A stretch of 32,000 nt of DNA, from positions 1,110,001-1,142,000 of the forward strand of contig NC_009664.2 of the NCBI RefSeq assembly GCF_000017305.1. Direction: 5' to 3'. This document shows positions 25,336 to 32,000 of the stretch, piece by piece. Under the pieces are notes generated by a model that saw nothing but the letters and a program-made list of their open reading frames with translations, was not told the DNA's origin and did no database searches. The stretch's first letter is position 1, and every line of letters starts with the position of its first letter. This stretch comes from Kineococcus radiotolerans SRS30216 = ATCC BAA-149. Lineage in GTDB: Bacteria; Actinomycetota; Actinomycetes; Actinomycetales; Kineococcaceae. Position numbers and translations under genes: made by a program.

Positions 25336-25396
25336 AGTGCGCCGCGGGCGGGCCACGAGGCCACGAGCCGGGGCCCGCGGGGAGGGTTGGGGGAGG

Positions 25397-26680
25397 ATGG
25401 GGCCCGTGCCCGCCGCCGACCCCGCCCCGCGCCTGCGCCCCACCACCGCCGGGGGGACGACGGCGGAGAACCCGTGGCCGGTGCGGCTGCTGGCGGCCAA
25501 GATGGACGCCTACATCGCGAAGATGCCCTGGACGTGGGTCGAGGGCCAGGTCGTGCAGGTCAACGACCGGCCCGGGGCCTCGGTGGTCTTCGTCACCCTG
25601 CGCGACGCCGACACCGACATGTCCCTGCCGGTGACGATCACCCGGCGCGTCCTGGGCCGCCTGCGCGAGACCCTGCCCGACGGCCTCGCCCACGGCACCC
25701 GGGTCGTCGTCCACGCCCGCCCGGAGTTCTTCGCCAAGCGCGGCACCCTGAGCCTGGCCGCCGACGACGTCCGCCCCGTCGGGGTGGGCGAGCTGCTGGC
25801 CCGCCTGGAGCACCTCAAGCGGGTGCTGCGCGGGGAGGGCCTCTTCGACGCCTCCCGCAAGCGCGCCCTGCCCTTCCTGCCGCGCACCGTGGGGCTGGTG
25901 TGCGGGCGGGCCAGCGCCGCCGAGCGCGACGTGGTGGAGAACGCGCGGCTGCGCTGGCCCTCGGTGCGCTTCGAGGTCCGCGAGGTCGCGGTGCAGGGCC
26001 CGAACGCCGTGACCGAGGTGGTGGCGGCGCTGGCCGAGCTCGACGCGCTGCCCGAGGTCGACGTCGTCGTCATCGCCCGCGGCGGGGGGGCCGTCGAGGA
26101 CCTGCTGCCCTTCAGCAACGAGACCCTGCTGCGGGCCGTCGCGGCCGCCCGCACCCCCGTCGTCTCCGCCATCGGGCACGAGGTGGACTCCCCGCTGCTG
26201 GACCTGGTCGCCGACGTCCGCGCCTCCACGCCCACCGACGCGGCCCGCCGCGTCGTGCCCGACGCGGCGGAGGAGCTGGCCCGGCTGGAGGCCCTGCGCC
26301 GGCGGGTCCACCAGGCCGTCGACACCCGCGTGGAGCGCGAGGAGCACACCCTGGCCGCGCTGCGCAGCCGCCCGGTGCTGGCCGCCCCGCACGTCCTGGT
26401 CGACCGGCGCGCCCAGGAGGTCGACGACCTGCGCGCCCGCGCCCGCCGCGGGCTGGACCACCGGCTGGAGCGGGCCCGCGTCGACGTGGACCACCTGCGC
26501 ACGAGCGTGCGGGCGCTGTCGCCGCGCTCGACGCTGCTGCGCGGGTACGCCGTGGTGCAGCGCCCCGACGGGGGGCTGGTCCGCACCCCCGCCGACGCCC
26601 CCGCGGGCACCCGGCTGCGGGTCCGACTGCCCGACGGGGAGGTGGCGGCGGTGGCCGCGCCGACGGGGCCGGACCAGTAG
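25397..26680 (+). CDS. xseA: Exodeoxyribonuclease VII large subunit
   Basis: An N-terminal OB-fold ([31 protein letters not shown]), then [34 protein letters not shown] and ISAIGHEVD. The ATG at 25397 has the SD GGAGGG 10 nt upstream. GTG 25337 is an alternative. Confidence 0.88.
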   Translation: MGPVPAADPAPRLRPTTAGGTTAENPWPVRLLAAKMDAYIAKMPWTWVEGQVVQVNDRPGASVVFVTLRDADTDMSLPVTITRRVLGRLRETLPDGLAHGTRVVVHARPEFFAKRGTLSLAADDVRPVGVGELLARLEHLKRVLRGEGLFDASRKRALPFLPRTVGLVCGRASAAERDVVENARLRWPSVRFEVREVAVQGPNAVTEVVAALAELDALPEVDVVVIARGGGAVEDLLPFSNETLLRAVAAARTPVVSAIGHEVDSPLLDLVADVRASTPTDAARRVVPDAAEELARLEALRRRVHQAVDTRVEREEHTLAALRSRPVLAAPHVLVDRRAQEVDDLRARARRGLDHRLERARVDVDHLRTSVRALSPRSTLLRGYAVVQRPDGGLVRTPADAPAGTRLRVRLPDGEVAAVAAPTGPDQ

Positions 26681-26689
26681 CCTCGCCCG

Positions 26690-26926
26690 GTGCCGGATCA
26701 GGACAGTCCCAGCGGGCTCAGCTACGAGCAGGCCCGCGACGAGCTCCTCGACGTGGTGCGCCGGCTGGAGACCGGCGGCACCGGCCTGGAGGAGGCCCTG
26801 GCGCTGTGGGAGCGCGGGGAGGCGCTGGCCGACCGCTGCCAGCAGTGGCTGGACGGCGCGCGCGCCCGCCTGGACGCCGCCCGCGCCGAGCCGGAGGCGG
26901 AGGGGGCGGAGGAGGGGTCGGGCTGA
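26690..26926 (+). CDS. xseB: Exodeoxyribonuclease VII small subunit
   Basis: 78 aa. [46 protein letters not shown] is the typical XseB helical hairpin. It starts 9 nt after xseA. Confidence 0.88.
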   Translation: MPDQDSPSGLSYEQARDELLDVVRRLETGGTGLEEALALWERGEALADRCQQWLDGARARLDAARAEPEAEGAEEGSG

Positions 26927-26929
26927 GGC

Positions 26930-27565
26930 TCAGGCCTTCGCGCCCCAGGGCGTGCCGGCCGCGTCCCAGCCGTCGAGGGTGGCGGTGGCGAGCTCGGCCA
27001 GGACGTCGTAGCCGCCCTCGCCGGTGACGAGCACGCTCACCCCGTCCTGGGTGCGCACGAGGCTGTAGCGCCGGCGGTCCTCCTGCAGGTACGCGTTCCA
27101 GTCCTGCCCCCGCACCGCGCGCGTCCCCTGCGCCGCGCCGCTCTGGGTCTGGGCCTTGAGCCAGCCGGGCGTGGTGTCGCGCGCGACCTCCAGGGCCAGG
27201 TACTCCCCCTCGTCGGTGCGGTAGCCCACGTGCCAGGTGATGACGTCGTCGGTGGAGCGGTTCACGTTGGCCGAGGTCGCCGTCCAGCCCGCCGGGCCGG
27301 CCGGGACGGCCGGGGCGAAGGACAGGTCCCCGGCGGCGCCCTGCGCGGCGTTGACCACGTCGACGGCGGGCTGCTCGATGGCGTTGGGCCGCGGCACCAG
27401 CCAGATCACCACCGCGACCAGGGCGAGGATGACGGCCATCGAGAGGACCATCGACTGCACGTTGCCGCCGCGGCGCGGACCGCGCGGGACCCCGCGGGGG
27501 TCCTCCCCGGAGGAGGGACCACCTGCGGGGGAGGTGCTGGCGTCGGGCGAACCGGTCGTGCTCAC
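26930..27565 (-). CDS. DUF4245 domain membrane-anchored protein
   Basis: Contains a TM helix (MVLSMAVILALVAVVIWLVPRP), then PAGWTATSANV…ITWHVGYRTDEGEYLALEV. Its position between xseB and glpX is conserved in actinobacteria (from memory). The GTG start at 27565 is the only in-frame start upstream of the TM helix that avoids the junk extension. Confidence 0.72.
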   Translation of the reverse strand: MSTTGSPDASTSPAGGPSSGEDPRGVPRGPRRGGNVQSMVLSMAVILALVAVVIWLVPRPNAIEQPAVDVVNAAQGAAGDLSFAPAVPAGPAGWTATSANVNRSTDDVITWHVGYRTDEGEYLALEVARDTTPGWLKAQTQSGAAQGTRAVRGQDWNAYLQEDRRRYSLVRTQDGVSVLVTGEGGYDVLAELATATLDGWDAAGTPWGAKA

Positions 27566-27662
27566 GTCCCCATGGTGACGGATAGCATCGGCACCCGACG
27601 ACGCGCGTCGGCGGCCGGCCGCCCAGCAGGGGCAGCGGGCGCCGAGGTTCCAGGAGGCTCCC

Positions 27663-28703
27663 TTGTCCCAGAACACCTCGCCCTTGCTCCCCCCCGCCCT
27701 GGCCGTCGGCACCGAGGCCCCCGACCGCAACCTCGCCATGGAGCTGGTCCGGGTCACCGAGGCCGCCGCCATGGCCGGGGGCCGCTGGGTGGGGCGCGGT
27801 GACAAGAACAAGGCCGACGGCGCCGCCGTCAACGCCATGCGCACCCTCATCGGGACCGTCTCCATGAACGGCACCGTCGTCATCGGCGAGGGCGAGAAGG
27901 ACAACGCGCCCATGCTCTTCAACGGCGAGCGCGTCGGCGACGGCACCGGCGCGGAGTGCGACGTCGCGGTGGACCCCATCGACGGGACGACGCTGACCGC
28001 GCGCGGCATGCCCAACGCCGTGGCCGTCCTCGCCGTCGCCGAGCGCGGCACCATGTACGACCCGTCCGCGGTGTTCTACATGGACAAGCTCGCCGTGGGT
28101 CCCGAGGCCGCCGACGTCGTCGACATCCGCCTGCCCGTGCGGGAGAACATCCGCCGCCTGGCCAAGGCGAAGAACCGCTGGGTGGAGGACATCACCGTCT
28201 GCATCCTCGACCGCCCCCGCCACGCGAAGCTGGCCGACGAGGTCCGCGACGCCGGTGCGCGCATCAAGTTCATCTCCGACGGCGACGTCGCCGGGGCGGT
28301 CATGGCCGCCCGCGAGGGCACCGGCGTGGACCTGCTGCTGGGCATCGGCGGCACCCCCGAGGGCATCATCACCGCCTGCGCCATGCACTGCCTGGGCGGG
28401 GCGATCCAGGGGCGCCTGGCCCCGCGCGACGACGACGAGAAGCAGAAGGCCCTCGACGCCGGCCACGACCTCGACGCCGTCCTCGACACCAAGGCCCTGG
28501 TGGCCAGCGACAACGTCTACTTCGTCGTCACCGGCATCACCGACGGCGAGCTCGTCGACGGCGTCCGCTACCGCGGCGACGTCATCACGACCTCGAGCAT
28601 CGTCATGCGCTCCAAGTCCGGCACGATCCGCAAGGTCGACAGCGAGCACCAGCTCTCGAAGCTGCGCGCCTACTCCGCGGTCGACTTCACCGGCCCGCGC
28701 TGA
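27663..28703 (+). CDS. glpX: Class II fructose-1,6-bisphosphatase
   Basis: [33 protein letters not shown]…[13 protein letters not shown]…DPIDGTT…[10 protein letters not shown]. The TTG at 27663 has the SD AGGAGG at 5-nt spacing. Confidence 0.93.
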   Translation: MSQNTSPLLPPALAVGTEAPDRNLAMELVRVTEAAAMAGGRWVGRGDKNKADGAAVNAMRTLIGTVSMNGTVVIGEGEKDNAPMLFNGERVGDGTGAECDVAVDPIDGTTLTARGMPNAVAVLAVAERGTMYDPSAVFYMDKLAVGPEAADVVDIRLPVRENIRRLAKAKNRWVEDITVCILDRPRHAKLADEVRDAGARIKFISDGDVAGAVMAAREGTGVDLLLGIGGTPEGIITACAMHCLGGAIQGRLAPRDDDEKQKALDAGHDLDAVLDTKALVASDNVYFVVTGITDGELVDGVRYRGDVITTSSIVMRSKSGTIRKVDSEHQLSKLRAYSAVDFTGPR

Positions 28704-29653
28704 TGACGGGCACGACGTCGACGGGTTCCCCCCGGTCGCGGACCGTCGTCGTCGGCGAGGCCCTCGTCGACGTCGTGCGCACCGCCGGGTCCGCGACGGG
28801 CACCGAGCACCCCGGCGGTTCCCCGCTGAACGTCGCCTACGGGCTGGGCCGGCTGGAGCACGACGTCGCCCTGCTGACCCGCCTCGGCGACGACGAGCAC
28901 GGCGCGCTGCTGCGCGCCCACCTGGACCGGGCCGGGGTGCAGCTGTTCCCCGGGACCGTCGACGCCGACCCGACGGCGGTGGCGCGCGCCGAGATCGACG
29001 CCGAGGGCAAGGCCACCTACGACTTCGACCTGCTCTGGCGGGTCCCCGAGGTCGAGCTCGCCCCGGACGTGACCCTGGTGCACACCGGCTCGATCGGCGC
29101 GGCGGTCTCCCCCGGCGCCGAGACCGCCCTGAGCCTGCTGCGCTCGGTGCGCGGGCGGGCGACGACGAGCTACGACCCCAACGTGCGGCCGGCCTTCTTC
29201 GACGGGCCCGCCCGGGCGCTGGCCCGCGTCGAGGAGTTCGTCGACGCCGCCGACGTCGTCAAGGCCTCCGACGAGGACCTGGCCTGGCTGCTGCCCGGGG
29301 AGGATCCGGAGGTCGTCGCGCACCGCTGGCAGACCCGGGGCCCGGCGCTGGTCGTGGTGACCCGCGGCAGCGCGGGCGCCATCGCCGTCTCCGGGGCCGG
29401 GACCCTGCACGTCCCCGCACCGCGGGTCGACGTGGTGGACACCGTGGGTGCCGGGGACGCGTTCATGTCGGGCCTGCTGCACGCCCTGCACGAGCACGAC
29501 CTGCTCGGGGCGCAGGGCCTGCCCCGGTTGCGCCACCTCGGGCTGGGGACGCTGGAGTCGCTGGTGGCCACCGCGATCCGCTCGGCGTCGATCACCTGCT
29601 CGCGCGCGGGCGCGAACCCGCCCACCCGCGCGGAGCTGACCGCCCCGGCCTGA
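28703..29653 (+). CDS. PfkB-family carbohydrate kinase (fructokinase-like)
   Basis: 316 aa: VVVGEALVDVV…GGSPLNVAYGL…, with the C-terminal signature VDTVGAGDAFMSGLL. Its ATG overlaps the glpX TGA (TGATG). Confidence 0.85.
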   Translation: MTGTTSTGSPRSRTVVVGEALVDVVRTAGSATGTEHPGGSPLNVAYGLGRLEHDVALLTRLGDDEHGALLRAHLDRAGVQLFPGTVDADPTAVARAEIDAEGKATYDFDLLWRVPEVELAPDVTLVHTGSIGAAVSPGAETALSLLRSVRGRATTSYDPNVRPAFFDGPARALARVEEFVDAADVVKASDEDLAWLLPGEDPEVVAHRWQTRGPALVVVTRGSAGAIAVSGAGTLHVPAPRVDVVDTVGAGDAFMSGLLHALHEHDLLGAQGLPRLRHLGLGTLESLVATAIRSASITCSRAGANPPTRAELTAPA

Positions 29654-29674
29654 TCCCGGACCGGGCGGGGCCCG

Positions 29675-31108
29675 TCAGCGGCGACGCAGCAGCTTGCGGG
29701 CCGCGCCCGGCCACCGCGGCGCGGGCAGCTTCGGGGTCGGCAGCTTCGACGCGAGCGGCTTCGGGGTCGGCAGCTCCGGCGCGGGCGGCTTCGGCTTCGC
29801 TCGCCCCCGGGTGGGCAGCGCGGGCCGGGGCAGCGCGGGCCGGGGCAGGGCGGCCCGCCGGCGGGCGAGGTCGCCCAGCACCCGCTCCGCGGCGCCGCTG
29901 ACGGCGTCGACCCCCCGCCCGATCCGCTCGTGGCGGCGCAGCTCGTCGCGGTAGGAGCGGCGCAGCAGGCTGACCCGGTCCACCAGCGCGGGCAGCGGCT
30001 CGCGGGTGGCGGGGGCCAGCAGCAGCCGGACGGTGTGCCGGGTCGTGGGGTCCAGCCGGCGCTTGTACGCCTCGTCCCCGCGCAGCAGGTCCAGCTCCCG
30101 GTACCCGCTGACCAGGGCCCGGCGCCGGATGCGCAGCAGCAGCAGCGTCCCGGGCCCGGTCGCGGCGTAGCGGGCCCGGTAGGACTGCACGTAGCCGTGC
30201 AGCGCGGTGGGCCCGGCCAGGCAGAACGCGTAGGCCACCAGCTCCCCGTCCAGGCGCAGCCCGGACAGCTGCACCACCCCGGGGGGCGTGGTGCGCAGGA
30301 CCTCGGTGAGGGTGCGCCCGGAGGCGCCGCGCCACGGCCGGCGCCGGTGCGCGGCCCGTGGGTGGGCGTCGTCGACCTCGGCGAGTTCGGCGACGAGCTC
30401 GTCGAGGTGGTCGGCGGCCGCGTCGGGGTCGCGCTCGCGCAGCTCGGCGACGTCGTGGAGCAGGTCGTCGACGACGACGAGGTCCCCGAGCTCGGCCAGC
30501 CGGCGCCACTGCCGGCGTTCCTCGTGGCGGGCGTGGCGGCGTAGGCGGGTGTCGTGCTCCTCGACGGTGGCCGGCAGCGGGAGGGCGTGGACGGTGGCCT
30601 GGCGCAGGGTGCGGACCGTGTAGCCGCGGGCCCGGGCCCACTCGGCCACCAGCCCCGGCAGCTCTCCCTCCGCGGGCACCTGCTCCAGGTCGAGCAGCGC
30701 CCCGGGGACCTCGCGCAGCGCGCCGTCGACGACGGCGGCGACCAGCCGGGAGGTGGGGACGCCGGCGTCCGGGTCGGCCAGCACCGCGGCGTAGTCGCTG
30801 GCGCCGGCGCCGAGGAAGGTCAGCAGCGGGCGGGAGCCGAGCAGGACGGTGAACGCGCCGAGGGCCAGCAGGCGGCCGTCGCGGCGGACGCTGACGAGCA
30901 GCGGCTCCCCCGCGCCGAGGTGGGTGTGCACGGCGCGCAGCCAGTCGGGGCCGGTGAAGGGCGGCTGACCCGCGCGGGCGGCCAGGGCGCGCCACTCCGG
31001 GACGGGGGCGCCCTCCAGGCCGCGGCGGACGGTGACCGAGAGGCCGTGGGCGGGGTCGCGGACCAGCGCGAGGTCCCCGGCGGTCTCGAGGGCGAGCGCG
31101 TCAGTCAC
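29675..31108 (-). CDS. CelD/BioF2-like GNAT-fold acetyltransferase with a Pro-rich repeat tail
   Basis: 477 aa from the GVG-free start GTG 31108 (SD GGAGG 9 nt upstream). The layout is …WLRAVHTHLG…LGAGASDYAAVLADP… and C-terminal YAFCL…LHGYVQSYRARYAATGPGTLLLLRIRRRALVSGYRELDLLRGDEAYKRR, typical of the CelD-like acetyltransferase family. The tail reads ALPRPALPRPALP…KPKPPAPELPTPKPLASKLPTPKLPAP. Confidence 0.7.
   Translation of the reverse strand: MTDALALETAGDLALVRDPAHGLSVTVRRGLEGAPVPEWRALAARAGQPPFTGPDWLRAVHTHLGAGEPLLVSVRRDGRLLALGAFTVLLGSRPLLTFLGAGASDYAAVLADPDAGVPTSRLVAAVVDGALREVPGALLDLEQVPAEGELPGLVAEWARARGYTVRTLRQATVHALPLPATVEEHDTRLRRHARHEERRQWRRLAELGDLVVVDDLLHDVAELRERDPDAAADHLDELVAELAEVDDAHPRAAHRRRPWRGASGRTLTEVLRTTPPGVVQLSGLRLDGELVAYAFCLAGPTALHGYVQSYRARYAATGPGTLLLLRIRRRALVSGYRELDLLRGDEAYKRRLDPTTRHTVRLLLAPATREPLPALVDRVSLLRRSYRDELRRHERIGRGVDAVSGAAERVLGDLARRRAALPRPALPRPALPTRGRAKPKPPAPELPTPKPLASKLPTPKLPAPRWPGAARKLLRRR
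29728..29842. repeat. In-frame tandem repeats inside the 3' end of the CelD-like gene
   Basis: An 18-bp perfect repeat GCTTCGGGGTCGGCAGCT occurs at 29728-29745 and 29758-29775 (30-bp period). A 15-bp unit GGGCAGCGCGGGCCG occurs twice in tandem (29813-29842), followed by a degenerate third copy. Confidence 0.85.
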
Positions 31109-31251
31109 CCTCGTCCGCCTCCGCCGTGTGCGCGCCCTCCCCGGTGGAGGATCCGTGCGCACGATATCCGCGCGCGGCCCGCCCGGGGCGGAGTCCCGGC
31201 GCTCGCCACGCCACTATCGACGCACCGTCACCACCCCTCACGCAACGCACT

Positions 31252-31291
31252 GCGGCGGCGGTCTCGCGGGTTCCCGCGGGACCGCCGCCGC
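31252..31291 (-). terminator. Strong hairpin downstream of the sugar-ABC ATPase gene
   Basis: GCGGCGGCGGTCTCGCGGG / CCCGCGGGACCGCCGCCGC forms about 19 bp with one G-U wobble, starting 18 nt after the stop at 31309-31311. Confidence 0.55.
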
Positions 31292-31308
31292 GGCGGGGAG
31301 GGGGTGCG

Positions 31309-32000
31309 TCAGGCGGTGGCGGGGGTGCGCGCGGCCTGCTGCTGCGCCCGTTCCAGCGACCGCTTGCGCAGCGCCTCGGACTGCTCGCCGATCTTCCTGG
31401 CCCTCTCCTCGTCGCGGGTGAGGTTCACCCCGCTGGAGGGGTCGAAGACGTGCATCCGCCGCGGGTCGAACCACAACCGGGCCGCGTCCCCGTCGCGCAC
31501 GGAGCTCATGGCGTCCAGGGTCACGACGAGCTGGTTGCGCAGGCTCTCCCCGTCCAGCTCGCGGTCGAGCTCCTCGAGCTGCTTCCTCGTCTCGGCCTCC
31601 GCCTCGAAGGGGACGTAGGCGTACAGCTCGTTGCCCAGCCACTCGGTGACGTCGACCTGCACGTCGAAGGTCACCGCCCCCGCCGGGGCGTCGGTGACCT
31701 CGACGTCGTCGAAGTGCTCGGGGCGGACGCCCACGATGAGCAGCTTCCCGTCGTGCTCCCCGCCCACGACGGCCGGCTTGGGCACGGTGCCGAAGGGCAG
31801 CTCCAGGACGTCCCCGCGCACCCGCGCGGGGAGGAAGTTCATCGGCGGGGAGCCGATGAACCCGGCCACGAAGAGGTTCACGGGCTGTTCGTACAGCTCC
31901 CGCGGGCTGGCGACCTGCTGCAGGACGCCCTTGCGCAGGACGGCGACGCGGTCGCCCAGGGTCAGGGCCTCGGTCTGGTCGTGGGTGACGTAGACGGTCG
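31309..32000 (-). CDS. Sugar ABC transporter ATP-binding protein (MalK/UgpC/MsiK-like), 5' end outside the window
   Basis: The frame stays open to the window edge: …[56 protein letters not shown]… (D-loop/H-loop region plus the MalK-type C-terminal regulatory domain). The track start at 31881 is an internal GTG. Confidence 0.88.
   Translation of the reverse strand, partial: TVYVTHDQTEALTLGDRVAVLRKGVLQQVASPRELYEQPVNLFVAGFIGSPPMNFLPARVRGDVLELPFGTVPKPAVVGGEHDGKLLIVGVRPEHFDDVEVTDAPAGAVTFDVQVDVTEWLGNELYAYVPFEAEAETRKQLEELDRELDGESLRNQLVVTLDAMSSVRDGDAARLWFDPRRMHVFDPSSGVNLTRDEERARKIGEQSEALRKRSLERAQQQAARTPATA

Noticed and set aside
26923-26933. CTGAG-G-CTCAG palindrome spanning the xseB and DUF4245 stop codons
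   Set aside because: A 5-bp stem with a 1-nt loop cannot form a stable hairpin. It is probably a by-product of two stop codons 3 bp apart.
24148-27027. 959-aa (+) ORF and the overlapping 775-aa (-) ORF at 24167-26494
   Set aside because: They overlap ispH, xseA and xseB in wrong frames or strands. The translations are Arg/Pro/Gly-dominated, and the real genes account for the region.

Overview
Very GC-rich segment (roughly 70-75% by eye, third codon positions almost all G/C). Its gene content and order match an Actinomycetota chromosomal core region: dapD, gltA, fdxA-dapC, mshB, typA, ychF, ispH, xseA-xseB, DUF4245 and glpX. From memory, these are the same neighbourhood blocks found around Rv1099c-Rv1112 and Rv1165-Rv1201c in M. 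tuberculosis. I call 28 protein-coding genes. One is a 52-aa ORF below the ORF-track cutoff, and one is an ABC ATPase truncated by the window end. They include a five-gene peptide-type ABC importer operon, a BCCT osmolyte transporter, a DUF3105-DUF305-Nudix operon, a divergent FtsH-like protease, an SfnB/acyl-CoA-dehydrogenase-like oxidoreductase and two GNAT-type acetyltransferases. I saw no rRNA, tRNA, CRISPR array, transposase, integrase, phage gene or recognisable defence or toxin gene. The many long ORFs in other frames are GC-driven antisense artefacts. I therefore do not see a convincing novel multi-gene system; this reads as a housekeeping region. The most unusual part is the 435-bp intergenic region 7293-7727. 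It holds a perfectly phased 20-bp x4 tandem repeat, three evenly spaced hairpins with C-rich loops (6C-sRNA-like architecture) and a pair of mutually exclusive hairpins. Secondary points: a non-canonical FtsH paralog with two insertions in its AAA module; an apparently leaderless 52-aa membrane-protein gene bracketed by strong hairpins; TANNNT-N6-start leaderless promoter geometry at gltA and ispH, which also fixes their start codons; and a 17-bp intercistronic hairpin in the ABC operon. All structure and motif claims come from reading the sequence by hand. No searches or folding programs were run.
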